Shown: positions 14,561 to 29,185, numbered from the stretch's first letter. The stretch: DNA of 64,000 nucleotides from Eledone cirrhosa (GCA_964016885.1 OZ024745.1:40734001-40798000); one strand, 5' to 3'. Notes: generated by a model from the letters alone, not told the origin. Made by a program: numbers and translations.

Positions 14561-16268
14561 ATGAATAATAGCAGTAGCAGCCGTAATAACAGCAGCAGCA
14601 GCAACAGTGACAAGGAAAACAACAGTAGCAGCCGCAACAGCATCAGCAGCAGCATAAACAACAACAGCATTAGCAGCAACAGCAACAACAGCAGCAGCAG
14701 CAACAACAACAACAACAACAGCAAAGAAAAACCAATCTCGTTTGCAGGTATCACAAAGAACCTGGAAACCATCCTCATAACAAATGAGGAATTAGAGGAA
14801 GCGAAGAAGATGGTGACGAAAACCGGACACCGAGCAATCTGCAAGGCAGCCGAAAAATCTTTCGAAACCCAACAGCACTGTACGGTCACGTACCGTACAG
14901 TAAGCACAAAATCTCGTAGGGTTGAAAGAGCCACAGAGGCTCAAATACAAAAGGCCTTAAGGTCTGTGTGGCAGCGGAAAACGCACATCACCCGAGGCAA
15001 GAAATATGCCACCGTAGACGTGCTTTTTGCCACACCCCAGGAGGCAAAGGCTCGATCCTTAGTGACACTAAGGAGCGAGGAAATGGTGTTGGTGCCCTCC
15101 TACTGCGTGCAAAAAATTGTGAGGTCAAACTGACCCCCCCCCCCCCCCCCCCCCGGATGGCCCCTTCTTGGCTGGCCGCATCTGTCCTCGTCGGAATCGA
15201 GGACAAAACAACTGTACTGCAAGTATAGAAAAAAGTAAGAGAAGATTGGTTCGGCACCTCCATTGAGATGTTAATCCAAACCAACCAGGAGTGCATCGAA
15301 GCTCTCCCGGATGTGTTAGACTTCGATAACGGCACTCAACTGGCCATAAGTGTTGAGGGGAAACGCCCGAAATGCTTTCGCTGTGGATCGAAGACTCACT
15401 TCAGGGCAGCGAGAAGAACCTGAGAAAGGAGAAAACCCCCCTCCTTCCGAAACCGGCTCCACGGCTACCAGCAACAGGACAAGCGGCAACCAGGAACGAT
15501 AGGTCCGTGGCACCCATACCCACGCCACGGAAATCAAGAACAGCAGCAGCAGTGGAAGTATTAACAACAACAACAGTAATACCAAATGCAGCTGCAACAT
15601 AGACTCCACTGCAAACATCACCAACTACAACATGTGAAAGGGTGGAGCTGGTACCCCTCCCCGACCTCACAGAATCAGACATGGAGTGTGAGGTGGGAGA
15701 GGGATGGCAAAAGGACGTAAGAAGGCACAAACGCAGAAGCAGCGCATCGTCGCCTTCGAAAAGGGATGAAAGAAATGAAAAAAGGGTAAAGGCTACTGCA
15801 AAGAGACTCACAGCATCAACACCACCAACACTATCACCACCCACACTAGCACCACCATCACCACCGGCGACAACCCCATCGCCAACAATAACAACACCTT
15901 CAACACCGCCACCACAAGCACCAACATCGCAAACACAACAACAAAACACACACACCCAGCAACAACGACAAGAAAATAGCAGAACCACACCCCACCCCCA
16001 GAAAAACAAATGCACGGCAATAAATACACACAACAAGAAACTAATGACTTACATAATTGAACACACAGACATTTCACAGCACGACTACATAATACCAGCA
16101 CCAATCAAAACGCCAACGAACATAAGACTGCTACAAATAGCACAGAAACAATACACAATCATTAAAACGAAATTCCCCAACGCAGTTGGTGATTTCAGAG
16201 ACCTAGGAGGGACTCTCAACCGGAGAGTATATTCAGACATACTCATAGAAGAGCCGACGACCAGCTGA
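14561..16268 (+). pseudogene. Tx1-like ORF1 (gag-like), frameshifted
   Basis: Fragments 14561-15133, 14968-15228 and 15642-16268; degenerate zinc knuckle KCFRCGSKTHFRAA at ~15370; frameshift near the poly-C run at 15135. Confidence 0.75.
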
Positions 16269-16387
16269 AGGGACGATTCAACGGTCCCTTCACCAGACGA
16301 TCAAGTGAAAAGGGATGGAGAAACCATCCTTCCTCTACGAAAAGTACGGTAAGTGGTCTTTCCCATCTTCTCCACTCTATTTTAAAC

Positions 16388-19300
16388 ATGACCTCACTCA
16401 GAATAGGCAGCATAAATGGGCGTGGCTTGGGGTCGTCATGGAAGCAGGGTCACCTGCTCAACGACCTCAGGTCAATAAACATAGATGTAGTGGCCATCAG
16501 CGAGACCAGAATCTCCGAAGCACGGGCCTTCGCACCGATCTTCGGCGGCTACGATGTGTACGCATCTCCCAGCCGTCCTGGATCGGGGAGAGGAGTTGTT
16601 GTGCTTTTTCGGAGAGGTTTGGATCTCGCCATACGGGTCATCTTCCTGGACCCAGAGGGTAAGTTGGTGGCGCTGGACGTGACCAGCGGAGACGGGCAAG
16701 CTTTCAGGCTAGTGGCCGTCTATGCCCCGACAGGAGCAGGGCGGCCTGATTTCTTCCGGCGTCTGGAGACCTTTCTTGGAACGTCCCGCTCTTTAGTGTT
16801 AGTGGGCGGCTGGAACGGGATCTTAGATGCACGCTGGGACTGTGTGGTATTAGCGGATAGGGGTGGAAGGTGCAAGAGCCTCACCAACCTACTCAGGCGT
16901 TTTGAACTGTCTGACAGGTACCGATTGGATTTCCCGAATGTGCCAATGTGGACTTGGACAAATCGCATGAGGTCATACAGATCATATCTAGATAACATAT
17001 TTTGTAGGGAAAAAGATAGGTCTAGCATAGGCTGTCCACAATTCAGGATAGTCAGCTACACGGACCACAAATTCGTGATCTGTGTGCTTGACTTAGATAG
17101 GCTTCATAGACGAGGACCCGACTACTGGAAGCTAAACGCGTCCTTACCAGCGCGCAATGCCTACAGAGACCGGATTAGCGAACTAGTTAAGCGGGCGTTG
17201 ACGGGGGCCATCGTTAACAACAAGTGGTGGTTTATTCTGAAAAGAGCGATTAGAATAGAATCCATTAGGTTTAGTAAGGCTTTAGCAATAGAGAAAAATA
17301 GAACTAGTTAGAAAATTTGACGAGGCGCTTAGCAAAGGCATCGCGACCGACGTTCTTGCGGCGAAATTGGCCCTTGACCAATTCTTCAATGCAAAGCACG
17401 AATGCTGCGTTGTCAGAGCTAGGGTGCGTGCTCTCAGACACGAGGGGACGAAAGCCGTTCAATGGGCCCGAGTGGCGGAGGCGCGTGGTGGCAACAAAGC
17501 CACGATCCGGTCTTTGGTGGACCACGACTGGCGCATGCTACTCGATCCCGGGCAAACGTGTGAAACTTTTCAGCGACATTTCGCTCAGCTGTTCAGGGGT
17601 AGCGGTGGGCCGGCCGAGGGATTGACTTTAGTGTCTACCTCGACGGACTGCCGCGGCTCTGGGCCACTGAGGCGGAGTGTTGCGAAAAGCCGATAACAGC
17701 CGCTGAAGTACGGGAGGCAATGACTGGCTGCATAACGGGTAAATCGCCTGGTTTGGATGGTCTGCCCTATGAACTTTACGTACAGATGCCAGACTTGTTC
17801 GGAGGCCTCTTGGCGGACGTCTACTGCAACTGGCAACAGAACGAGAGAATTCCCAGCTCTGTGAGCCGAGGAGCGGTGGCACTACTGAGAAAGGATCCGA
17901 ACAAGGGGGATAACATAGATAATTTCAGGCCTATAACTCTGCTAAACACAGAGTTCAAGATTTTGGCCAAGGTGCTAGTAAAGAGGTTGGCGCTTGTCGT
18001 TGGTGGTCTGGTGGGAGAGGCGCAGACATGCGCCATTCCCGAAAGATCCATGCAGGACAACCTCTACCTCATGCGATACATCGTAGAGAGGGTAGCTAGG
18101 GAACCTGGCACGGGTGGTTCCTTGATCAATTTAGATCAGTCGAAAGCTTTCGATAGGGTCGACCATCGTTAACTAGCGGCAGTCCTGAGGGTGGCTGGCT
18201 TTGGGCCCGTCTTCAGAGGCTGGATCGCTGCCATGCACAGCGGCATCAACTCTGTTGTGAGAGTGAACGGTAACCTTTCGGAACCGTTCAACATCATGCG
18301 CTCGGTCCGCCAATGAAGTCCCCTCTCGTCCCTCTTGTACGTATTTACTCTCGAGCCATTACTGCACAAACTAGAGACGTTGAGGGGCGTCCCGCGCGAA
18401 CTAGGATGCGGAAGATCCGTGTCAACATATGCGGACGATGTCACCATAGTGGTGTCGAACGCCAAACACATCGAGGCGATCGGCACTACACTAAGAGAAT
18501 ACGAAGCGGTGACAGCATCAATGATCAACCAGGAAAAGTCAGTGGGCCTGCAGCTCGGCACCTGGAGAGGCAGGTCCATGCCGTCGAACAGCGTCGTCGG
18601 ACGCTGGACGGACGGACCACTTAAATTGCTAGGGGTCTGGTTCGGTCCGAACCTCCAGACGGACAAAAACTGGGACGAGGTGACGAGCAGGGTGGCTTCT
18701 CTCACCCAGAAATGGGCGGAGAGGAAGCTATCCCTGAAAGGTCGAGCGGAGGTGGCTAAGGCGTACATCGCGTCTCTTCATCTGCTACCGCCTGACCGTC
18801 GTACCTTGTCCTAAGCCCCGCCTGACTGCGCTGGACCGTTTGCTCTTTCGCTTTTTGTGGAAGGGACGCGCTCTGATGGTAAGTCGGCCCATCTGCTGTC
18901 AAAACCCGCTACATGGAGGGCTGGGAATGCCGTGGCTGATGATGCGCAGACACGCGCTCAGGCTACGACATCACCACCTCTTCCTCGACCGTGATCAGGT
19001 GTGGTCGCCGTTTGCTAGGCACGTATTTCCCCAGCTCGTCTCCTTGACGGAGCTGCAGTCCTGGGTCAAGCGAAAACCGAGAGGGAGCGCCTGGAGACTG
19101 GAATGTCTTCAGGCGCTCACAGCCCTCGACCAATCGTGCAATGTGATCGGTGTAAATTCCACCTCGGCGTTCTATAGAGGATTAGTGTAGGGGAAGAGCG
19201 ACGACGTACTTGGGGAAACTCTAGGCGTAGACGAAAATCAACTAGCCAATCTCTTCGGAAGAACTTTCGGGCCGGGACCTATGGACAACTTCCAGAAATC

Positions 19301-19800
19301 TCTGACCTGGCAGTGCTACCGGGGAGCCTTGCCAGTTCGGGATAAACTCTACAGGCATGGAGGTGCCGTCAGCCGGGCATGTCCGAGATGCGCGCAGGGC
19401 GACGAAACCATCCTGAACACACTCGTCCAGTGTCCGAAAATTGCTGACTTGTGGGTTTATGTCGAACACCTGCTGTCTTTGTAGGACGGATCCGGCTATC
19501 ATCTCAGTCCATCGTGAGGATTGCCCCGCCCTCTTCCTTTAGCCGGGAAGGGTAGGCAGTTTTTATCTGTCTGCTGGCCATGGCGAAAGAGATAGTATGG
19601 TGGACCCGTTTGAAAGGGCTGAAGACGAGCACTTACCTCTTCGGTGATGCCCTGATTGACTTTTTCAAATTTCATTTGAAAAGGAAAATCAGAGTAGAGA
19701 AGAAAGTGCTCTCTTCCCAGCATTTTGTTGAAAGATGGGTGAGAGAAGCAAGAATGGCCCGAGTGAATGGGCCTACTCTGAGTACGTATCTGAAAATTAA
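16388..19800 (+). pseudogene. Tx1-like ORF2: APE endonuclease + reverse transcriptase + zinc finger, several stops/frameshifts
   Basis: SINGRGL, ISET, VYAP, SYLDNIF, YTDHK (APE); KSPGLDG, NFRPITLLNTEFKI, LDQSKAFDRVDH, YADD (RT); CPRC..ETI..LVQC. Confidence 0.92.
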
Positions 19801-20066
19801 AGGTGGAAAACTGGGAGAGGGCACTTGCCTTGGTGTTCAGGTTCACTGTGGCCTTTTACTGGGCTTTCTCCACAAATGTCCCTCCGAAGTCTCCCCCCTA
19901 TTGGGGAATTTTTCATTATTTTTTTGTTACACCCTCTGTTTTTGTTTTTTACACGCAGAAATACCCATTTGTACCGTCCTGTATTGTCCTGCACAATCCT
20001 TAATGTCTACTTTATGTAAACCCTTGTGGTTAATAAAGAAATCATTATTATTATTATTATTATTAT

Positions 20067-21995
20067 TTGAGTCTCAGTCATTGATGTTATTTAACTGGAA
20101 AGTTTGTTGAAATTAATATCAAGTCGCTACATGCAGCCTCAGATGTTCAGGACGTATCGGAGGGTTCTTGCTGTTCCCAGCCAGCATGCCTTTTAAAGTG
20201 TTCCAAAAAGCGGGGCTGGACTAATCTTCTTTAACCATCCTTGGAAACTCTTTCAGATAGTACCTAGTGCGCCTATGAAAATCAGGACGACCTTGACTTC
20301 ATGGCAGTTCCAAATCCTTTTTACTTCCCAATTTAAATCCTGGTATCCCTTTCTTGCACTCTCGTGTCAAATGGGCAGGCTACATCTACAATCAGGCACG
20401 ATACTTTTTGCTTGTCCAAAACCACCAGGTCAGGCCTATTGTGTTCTAATTTATTGTTCGTCTGTATCCTAAAATCCCATAGCACCTTCACCTGATCGTT
20501 TTCTATCACCGACTCTGGCTTATGCTCATACCACTTCTCAGAATGTGGTAAATTGTTTACTTTGCATAGATGCCAGTGGATCACCCTGCCTATCACATCA
20601 TGTCTGCAGCCTTTATAGTGAGTCTGGAACAGATGTTTACACTCGGATAAAATGTGAGCCACAGTCTCCTCTCTGTCTCTCTCCACAGATCCTACACAGC
20701 GAGCTAGCCTCTTCCTTGTAAATATGGTGTTCCACACACGTCGTTCTGAGAGCCTGCTCTTACGCAGCCATTAGTATTCCTTCTGTAGCCTTTTTAAGGT
20801 TTCCTCTTTTTAACCAGTTGCATGTCTGTGGATATCTAAATTCAGATTTCTCAAAGAAGGTACTATGAAGAGATTTTTCATGAAGGTTACTCTTCTTCCT
20901 TGTTGTTATTTCCTCCTTGGACATACCCTGGTCTATTGTCCTCTCCTTCAGTACAATTCTGAGCACTGGCTGCCTACTGTCAGTCACGTATTTGTGTAGG
21001 TTGTTTTCTCCATCTGAACACAGAGCTCTATGCTGATAAGACCTCTTCCACCTTCAGATCTCTTTAAGTACAGTCTATCGACATCACTCCTCTTGTGGAA
21101 CATATTGTAGATAGTCAATTGCTTCCTAGTCTTCATATCCATTTCTTTCTGTTCAGCAACATTCCATTTCAGAATTCCCGCACTGTACATAATAATAGAC
21201 ACCGCTCAGGAATTTACTAAACTTATGGCATTCCTACTATTCAGATGTGACTTTAATACGCTCCTTACTCTCCTAATGTACTCAGATCTTATTAATTCCT
21301 TCATGTTTTTGTTCTTGATGTCATCTGCCTCCAGAACACCTAAATATGTGTATCCTTCTTCAGTGTCAATTTCCTTTAGAAGTCTCACCTGTTGGTACCT
21401 GGATTCCGTTGCTTCTGCTCAATTTACACCTCTTCATCCCCAGGACTCCCGTCTTATTAATACCAAATTCCATACATATATCATTTCTGAAAATACGGAC
21501 AGTGTTAACAAGTACATCCAACTCCTTCTCACGCTTCCCAAAGAGTTTAAGATCGTCCATGAAAAGGAGGTGGTCGATGGTGAGCTCTCCTTTTCCAAAC
21601 TTGTATCCTGCTCTCACTTTTCGCAATATATCAGGGCAAGGACAAACAGGCTTTTCGTTATCCAAGAATGAGGTACCATGTCGAATGCCTTATTGTAATC
21701 TATCCATCCCATGGCAAGTCCAGTGTGTCTCCTCTTGCAATTCCTCATTACCATCTTATCAATTAGTAACTGGTCTTTTGTACCACGGGACATCTTTCGG
21801 CATCCTTTCTGTTCGTCCGGTAACAAGTTGTTTATGTGGAGGTGATGGTAGATTTCCTCAGATACAATGCTTGTTAACAGTTTCCACATTGCGGACAGAC
21901 ATGTGATAAGCCTATAGTTTGTAACATCATACCCTTGATTCGCTCTTTCATTACCAGAACTGTGGTACCTTTTGTCAACCACTCTGGTACCTCAC
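20067..21995 (-). mobile_element. R4/Dong-like non-LTR retrotransposon, 5'-truncated and degraded (RT + restriction-like endonuclease)
   Basis: NYRLITCLS, EQKGC, WIDYNKAFDMVPHSWI, HLLFMDDLKL, YLGVLEADDI, RGLIS, ETVAHILSEC, RHD, VLWDFRIQT, NRPDLVV, IVDVACPFD; 3' end joins (TAA)n. Confidence 0.88.
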
Positions 21996-22014
21996 CGTAT
22001 TATTATTATTATTA

Positions 22015-23110
22015 CAGTTGCATTTATCTTGCTTTATGTTCATACATGTTATTACCAAGTCACAACCAGTGACCTCAAGATACAACAACATCCGCCATTT
22101 TCAGGAAAGGACATACATACACACACATGCATCTTTAGGTGTTTAGACTTGTGATGTACTTATATTGACAGAATCTTCCTTAGTATATGGGCAATCCCAT
22201 TAGTACTATCTTTTGTATTTCCTGGGATTTGCGATAAGTAATCATTAGACCCCTTAGGTATCATTCCTAGAGCGCCGACAACCACTGGTATTGTTTTAGT
22301 TCTCAATTTCCACATTTTTACAATTTCTATTTCCAGGTCCTTATACTTGCTCAAATTTTTCAAATGTTTTTATAGATACATTCTTGTCTATTCTAACGGA
22401 CATATCAATTAGCAGACATACCCTCTTTTTAAAGTTCTTCAGTATTATATCAGGTCTATTTGCATCTATTTTCGGTCTGTTTGGATGCTAAAATTCCACA
22501 AGATTGAGATGTGATCTTTTTCAAGATCGGGAGGTGGTTGATGCTCCCACCAATTCTTTTGATAGGGCAGGTCAAAATGCTTACACATTATCCAATGTAT
22601 TTATTGTGCACCTCTGTTGTGCTTGTTTAGATATTCGGTTGGAGCTATAGGATTGCACATTGAAATTACATGATCAATGGTCTCTGGTTGTTTTTTTACA
22701 TACACGGCATAATGGGTTGCATCCATTTTTTATTATGTTGGCTTGGTAATTTTTTGTTGGCAGACACTGATCTTGTGCTGATATAATTAGTCCTTCAGTC
22801 TCCGATTTCAGTTCAGTGGATGCCAAACACTGATGGGTTAAAGTTTTGTCAACATCAGGATTGTTAGCTCTTTTTGGGTATTTTCCACACAGAGGCTTTT
22901 CTTGCCATTTCTTAGACAGTTTCTGTAGCAGGTCTTTCTTTGCAGTTACTTACCTGCTTTGCTTTTCCTGTGTTTTTCATTTCAGCAGTAAATGGAACTT
23001 CTGAAATTTGTAGTCCATTACTGTATATTTGTGCATCTTTTGTAATGGAGTATGATCTTTTGATGCTTTCGTGTTTCGAAACGAGTTTGATCAGACAATC
23101 ATGTGATTCC
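22015..23110 (-). mobile_element. Second R4/Dong-like family, 3' fragment
   Basis: KYKDLEIEIVKMWKLRTKTIPVVVGALGMIPKG..AHILRKILS; flanked by (ATT)n. Confidence 0.8.
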
Positions 23111-23126
23111 CTTATTATTATTGTCC

Positions 23127-23317
23127 TTTGAGTCTCAGTCATTGATGCTATTTAACTGGAAAGTTTGTTGAAATGAATATCAAGCTATTACCTGCAGCCT
23201 CAGATATTCAGGAGGTATCGGAGGGTTATTGCAAGCATACCTTTTTAAGTGTTCCAAAAAGCGGGGCTGGACTAATTTTCTTTAACCATCCTTGGAAACT
23301 CTTTGAGATAGTACCTA
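23127..23317 (-). mobile_element. 3'-terminal fragment of the same R4/Dong family as 20067
   Basis: Closely similar to 20067-20265 (tttgagtctcagtcattgatg...ttggaaactcttt..gatagtaccta). Confidence 0.85.
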
Positions 23318-23580
23318 TTATTATTATTGTTGATGTTGTTGTTATTGTTATTATACTCACATATATATAGTAATGATGTTTGTGAAGGGCAGATAAAGAC
23401 ATTCATAAAATCCTCCATAATTCATATTTCGGGAGCATTAATAATTATGGAATGCAAGACTCAGAGAGAATCTCAAGGAATGTTGTTATGTATCATATAT
23501 ATATATACTTATATACATATATATATATATACATATATATATAGAAAGATTTGAATGGATACAGTTTAGTTGAAAGGAAT

Positions 23581-23697
23581 TTATTGACACGTGTTTCTAT
23601 AACAGTTACATAACCTAAAACAGCTATCTACAAACTTTTAGTTATGCAGACATTCAATATTTCAATGTTATTGTTTACTGTCATTTCATCAGAATAA
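23581..23697 (-). ncRNA. Type I hammerhead ribozyme with enlarged helix II
   Basis: Minus strand reads ttatt-CTGATGA-a atgacagt...actgttat a-GAAA-cacgtg-TC-aataa. Confidence 0.75.
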
Positions 23698-24289
23698 TAT
23701 TACTGAGGACCTATTTAGTTTTTATAGGGAATATTAGGAGGAAGGGGTGAAGTTGTTAGAAGAATAGTTGAAGGAGTGGTTTTTCGATAGCAGTGAGAAT
23801 TCTTGGTGGCAGTGATTAATTAGATTCCCATCTGTTGTTTTGACATTTTTTATAGAATATATTATTGGTTATTTTTCTAAATCTATAGAAGGATTAGAGA
23901 TAGTAAAGATATGCGTGGTTGGTTTTGTGTTTGCACTTAACATTCAGACTTAAATTTTTCTTTCAAGTGTACGTATTCTTTCACCCACGCATTCATACAC
24001 AAATATATTTGCACACCTCTACAAAATACATATACTCACAATTCACATATTCATACTTACATATATATACACATGCATACACATATATATACACACATGT
24101 ATTCATGTACATACATACGCGCTCATGTGTATACATTTTCATACTCAACTTATCTTTATATATACACACGTATAGACACACACATATATACATACATACT
24201 CTAGTCCATGTGTACACACATACACATACATACACATCCATATACACATACATACATACACATATATATATATACATATATACATATAC

Positions 24290-24322
<33 letters not shown>

Positions 24323-24345
24323 CACATACATATATACACACATAT

Positions 24346-24382
<37 letters not shown>

Positions 24383-24649
24383 AGCACTTTAATACATGAA
24401 TACACTTACATCTAACTATACACATCAAACATATATATATTTACTTATTTATATACATTTTCACATATATATACATACTTATGGACGTTTTTAGACACAT
24501 TCATTATCGCATATTTGTACCTATTCTCATCAGCATATCTTTTCATTATTAGTATGGTAATTTAAGGTTATTAATATATGTTGAGAAGAGATTGTTTTTA
24601 TATTTTTCTAACTAGATTAAGGTTTATATAGTTGGGGGATGTCCCTCTT

Positions 24650-26728
24650 TTATGTAATATTCTGCTTGTAGCGGGAAAAAAGGGTTTTAGTTCTGTGACG
24701 GCAGAATAATGTTCGTTCAATTCTGTTATTCAGCAGTTACTTCTTGTGTGTGATTATGTAATAAATCTCAAGATTGCACAATTTGCAGAAATTTTGGCTC
24801 CTGGAAAAGCTCTGGGTTTTAGCTAATTTTTCCCATTTTAGGGTAAACTTTTGATTGCTATCCCTGAGCGTCCAAGCTTTTTCTGCTAAAGTTGTTACAT
24901 TTCTTTGGCTCTGGTGTTTTATTGAGTAAGAATGCCTATACAATCGAGATTTAAACGATGTTGCCGTTGATCCCACGTAATACCACTCGTTGCCTCCGGA
25001 TTTAATGGTACACTTATAAATAATATTTTTTTCCAGGCAGTTATTGCCGAGGGGGCAGTTGTCAGGATAGGTGCAGTTACAGTTGTGTACGTTGGGTTTT
25101 CTCTGGAGTAGTATTGCGGACGAACTTAGGTGTGGTTTATTTATGTTCTGTAGTGTATTGTCTACTGTTTTTTTGGGGTTCTTTGTACTTAAGTTCTTAG
25201 TGTTTTCGTTTAACCTTCTAGTATTGATCTTTTTTATGTGTTGTTCAAGGTTTAACGCTGTAGAGTATGACAGTCTTATAGTGGTAGGGTTTAGGATTTT
25301 GTGGTATTTGTGTGATGTGGGAAAATGTCTTTTAATTATTTTAAAGAAGAGTACTGGTAAATTTGTACTAATGGAGCTATTGTATTCGGGGTTATACCAT
25401 AAGTACTCTTTGCATCGCTTTCTATTAGTTTTGTTTGTTGGTTTACTGGTGTGCATACTATGGTAGTAAGTGTGGTTTGGTGTTGTGTTATTATATCTAC
25501 CTATGTGGGATTTATTTTGGGTGTTTTGATTGTTCCCATCTATGTACTCTATTTTGTTGAGGTAGCCTGCTTTACTAAGGGCGTTATCGTAGTACTCGGC
25601 GTGTTCCTTAAATACTTGTATGTTAGAAGATAGACCCGAGATTCTAAGGGAAATATTTTTAGGGATAGATTTAATTATAGAGATGGGGTGGTTAGACCCA
25701 ACATTTACGTATTTGAGATTTTCATTCAATTTATGAAACGGTTTAATCAAACCAGAGTTTAAATTGAGTGTGACATCCAGGAAGTTAACTACTTTAAGGT
25801 TGTATTCATATGTTATAGTTAGTCCTATTTCGAGTAGTAGTTTTCTTATATCTTTGCGTAGTTTTTCTAGTTTTTGGTTATTAAGGTTTTTAGCTAGGAG
25901 GAGAACATCGTCGCGGTATATTCCGCCGTGGAGATTGCTGAATTTTTCCTGGAGTCTAAAGGCGATAAATAACCCCACAATATCAGTTATTTCCGCCGAA
26001 TCGTTAGAGCCCATTGTTATGTCAAAGTTAGAGGGTCTATCTTTACGTACCCAATAACTGTTCTCAAATTTGACTATAGTTTTCCTAGCTTCTAATATAA
26101 TCTTAATTTCATCGTTTGTAAGGTCGGAGTTATCCTTAGCAAACTTAATGGCTCTATTCAAAGTTTCAGGTGATATCGATGAGTAATATTCATCGATATC
26201 AAACTGGATAAACTTAGATTTATTCTTATTGCTAATGCTATTAAACCATCTTATTGCTTCTTGGGTCTTCCCCCAGAGTTTAATGTTAACCTTAGCCTTA
26301 ATTTGGGGGATGATTCTATCTAAGATATATTTGCTTATTTTACCTATATCTGATTTAGAGGGGCAGATTAATCTAATTTTAGGGTCATTATCAAAGTTTA
26401 CCTTGTGGTCCTTAAGATTGAAAGTGGGTACCGCCGGTAAGAGTGGTCCTGTCCTATCTTCGATTCCGAGATTTTTCACTATTTCGCATGCCTCATCATT
26501 GATGTGCTTAAGGGTTACTTCACTCGTTTTTCTATATTTTTTATGTAATTCTTTTCGAATGAAGTTGTTGTATGTAGTGCAATCCATAGTGTACAGGTTT
26601 GATGTTTTGTCCGCTTTTACTACAATTCCTTTGGTGTTTTTAAGGTCGTCCAGTAGTTTTTTTATATCTTTCTGTAATTTGCTGTTGGTGTTGCGTCCTT
26701 TGAATTTAATTTTAAGGATTAAGTTCAT
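24650..26728 (-). pseudogene. PLE RT-GIY-YIG polyprotein (663-aa ORF; premature TAA at 24737, frame continues LLNNRIERTLFCRH to ~24650)
   Basis: KADKTSNLY, FDIDEYYSSI, ITMGS, IYRDD, NFLDVTL, SNHP, CNC...CPL...C linker, IIYKC..YYVGST..FKSR..RH. Confidence 0.9.
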
Positions 26729-26794
26729 AAGGTCCTGCTCAAATGCATCTAATATATATATATATAAAATGCATCTAATATATATATATATAAA

Positions 26795-26900
26795 AGAAGA
26801 AATTAAAAGATGGTTAAAGAAGTTCCATATATTTTATTATGCGCATTTCGAAAACATCATCCTGGGACAAAAATTATATTCACATCATATAAAATAAGGT
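26795..26900 (-). mobile_element. pLTR remnant with degenerate HHR (same family as the 44611 palindrome)
   Basis: aaagatggttaaag.agttccat.tattttattatgcgcatttc is shared with 44618; the core has decayed to ATGATGT. Confidence 0.65.
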
Positions 26901-27163
26901 CTAATGAGGTCTAAAAACACATGTCAAGAAGAAACCTTTTTATACTTATTTTAATTTAATTTTATTTTATTTTATTAATACATTTTTACACATGTTTATC
27001 CAATGTTTGGTATTTAAACCCAATATAAAATAATATACCCAGTTTCTATATTTTAGAGCTCTAATATTTGAACACGTTCTATAATATTCGTACATACACC
27101 TCATCAATTTACTTTTTAGCCGTTATTTACAGGTGTTTTCATTTTGACACCGTTCCTGATCAA

Positions 27164-27256
<93 letters not shown>

Positions 27257-27365
27257 TCTTTCTTTTTCCTTTTTTCCTCTCTTCTATTTCTGTTCTATAA
27301 CTGTTGTTATCGGATATATGCATAGTTTTATTGTTCTACAATATTACACCACCTTCCACATTATG

Positions 27366-27420
<55 letters not shown>

Positions 27421-27421
<1 letters not shown>

Positions 27422-27590
27422 GTAATTCCGGGTTGTATCGGAGTAACCACAGTAAGTAAGGTACTCAATACATAGCAGAGTATAAAAGTTTTATATAGAT
27501 GAGATTCTACAGGACTAGAACTGTTTCATTCATTAGAAATCATCCTGATGATTTCTAATGAATGAAACAGTTCTAGTCCTGTAGATCTCA

Positions 27591-27598
<8 letters not shown>
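27421..27598. mobile_element. Mini fold-back pLTR remnant (palindrome 27492-27598, tail 27421-27491) with partial HHR
   Basis: Arms around a 2-nt loop at 27545-27546; CTGATGA-tttctaatgaat-GAAA-cag-TT on the + strand; TA flanks. Confidence 0.7.
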
Positions 27599-27681
<83 letters not shown>

Positions 27682-27694
27682 GTATATATATATA

Positions 27695-27890
27695 TGTGAG
27701 AAAAACCACAGACCCTCCATCTCAACTCTACTTTTGAAAAGCAGAACTGCGAAACCAAATAAATATATATATTTTAAAAAAATAAGACTCCAGTTGCATT
27801 TTTGATTTCATTTTTTTTTCATTATACTTTCACTCGGTAGGACACCTCGGTTAATTTTTAATTTTGTAAAAAAAAACATCACTTTTTTCT
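27695..27890 (+). mobile_element. Solo pLTR of the Neptune-like family at 46.9-51.7 kb
   Basis: Aligns by eye to 51515-51725, with small deletions inside the HHR. Confidence 0.85.
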
Positions 27891-27891
27891 T

Positions 27892-28880
<989 letters not shown>

Positions 28881-29056
28881 ATTAGAAATTATAAGCTTTC
28901 ACCGTATTTTAGACTAAACAAATTTCTAGCCTGATAATGGGGTTTATAACACTCGGAGTAATGGAAAAAGATGGTGAAAGCTTATAATTTCTAATTTCAA
29001 ACTCGCGCACCGTTTCAAAAACATACTTACATGTTTACGTTTATAATTTGATTGTT

Positions 29057-29057
<1 letters not shown>
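28881..29057. repeat. Short TA-flanked insert with a 23-bp inverted repeat and ~60-nt tail
   Basis: attagaaattataagctttcacc (28881-28903) vs ggtgaaagcttataatttctaat (28973-28995). Confidence 0.7.
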
Positions 29058-29097
<40 letters not shown>

Positions 29098-29139
29098 TAT
29101 ATATATATATATATGTATATATATATAAATATATATATG

Positions 29140-29182
<43 letters not shown>

Positions 29183-29185
<3 letters not shown>

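Larger units (their letters stand above)
14335..20043 (+). mobile_element. Near full-length Tx1/L1-clade non-LTR retrotransposon (inactivated); 5' end uncertain (14120-14335)
   Basis: ORF1 plus APE-RT ORF2; 3' end ...ttaataaagaaatc runs into (ATT)n. Confidence 0.9.
23370..26750 (-). mobile_element. Penelope-like element 1 (Nematis-like), 5'-truncated, in (TA)n
   Basis: RT+GIY-YIG ORF, long 3' UTR, HHR near the 3' end, TA flanks; the 3' boundary could be 23545. Confidence 0.88.

Noticed and set aside
15401-16104. Antisense ORFs over retroelement genes (also 26229, 33012, 55245)
   Set aside because: Shadow frames of compositionally biased coding sequence.
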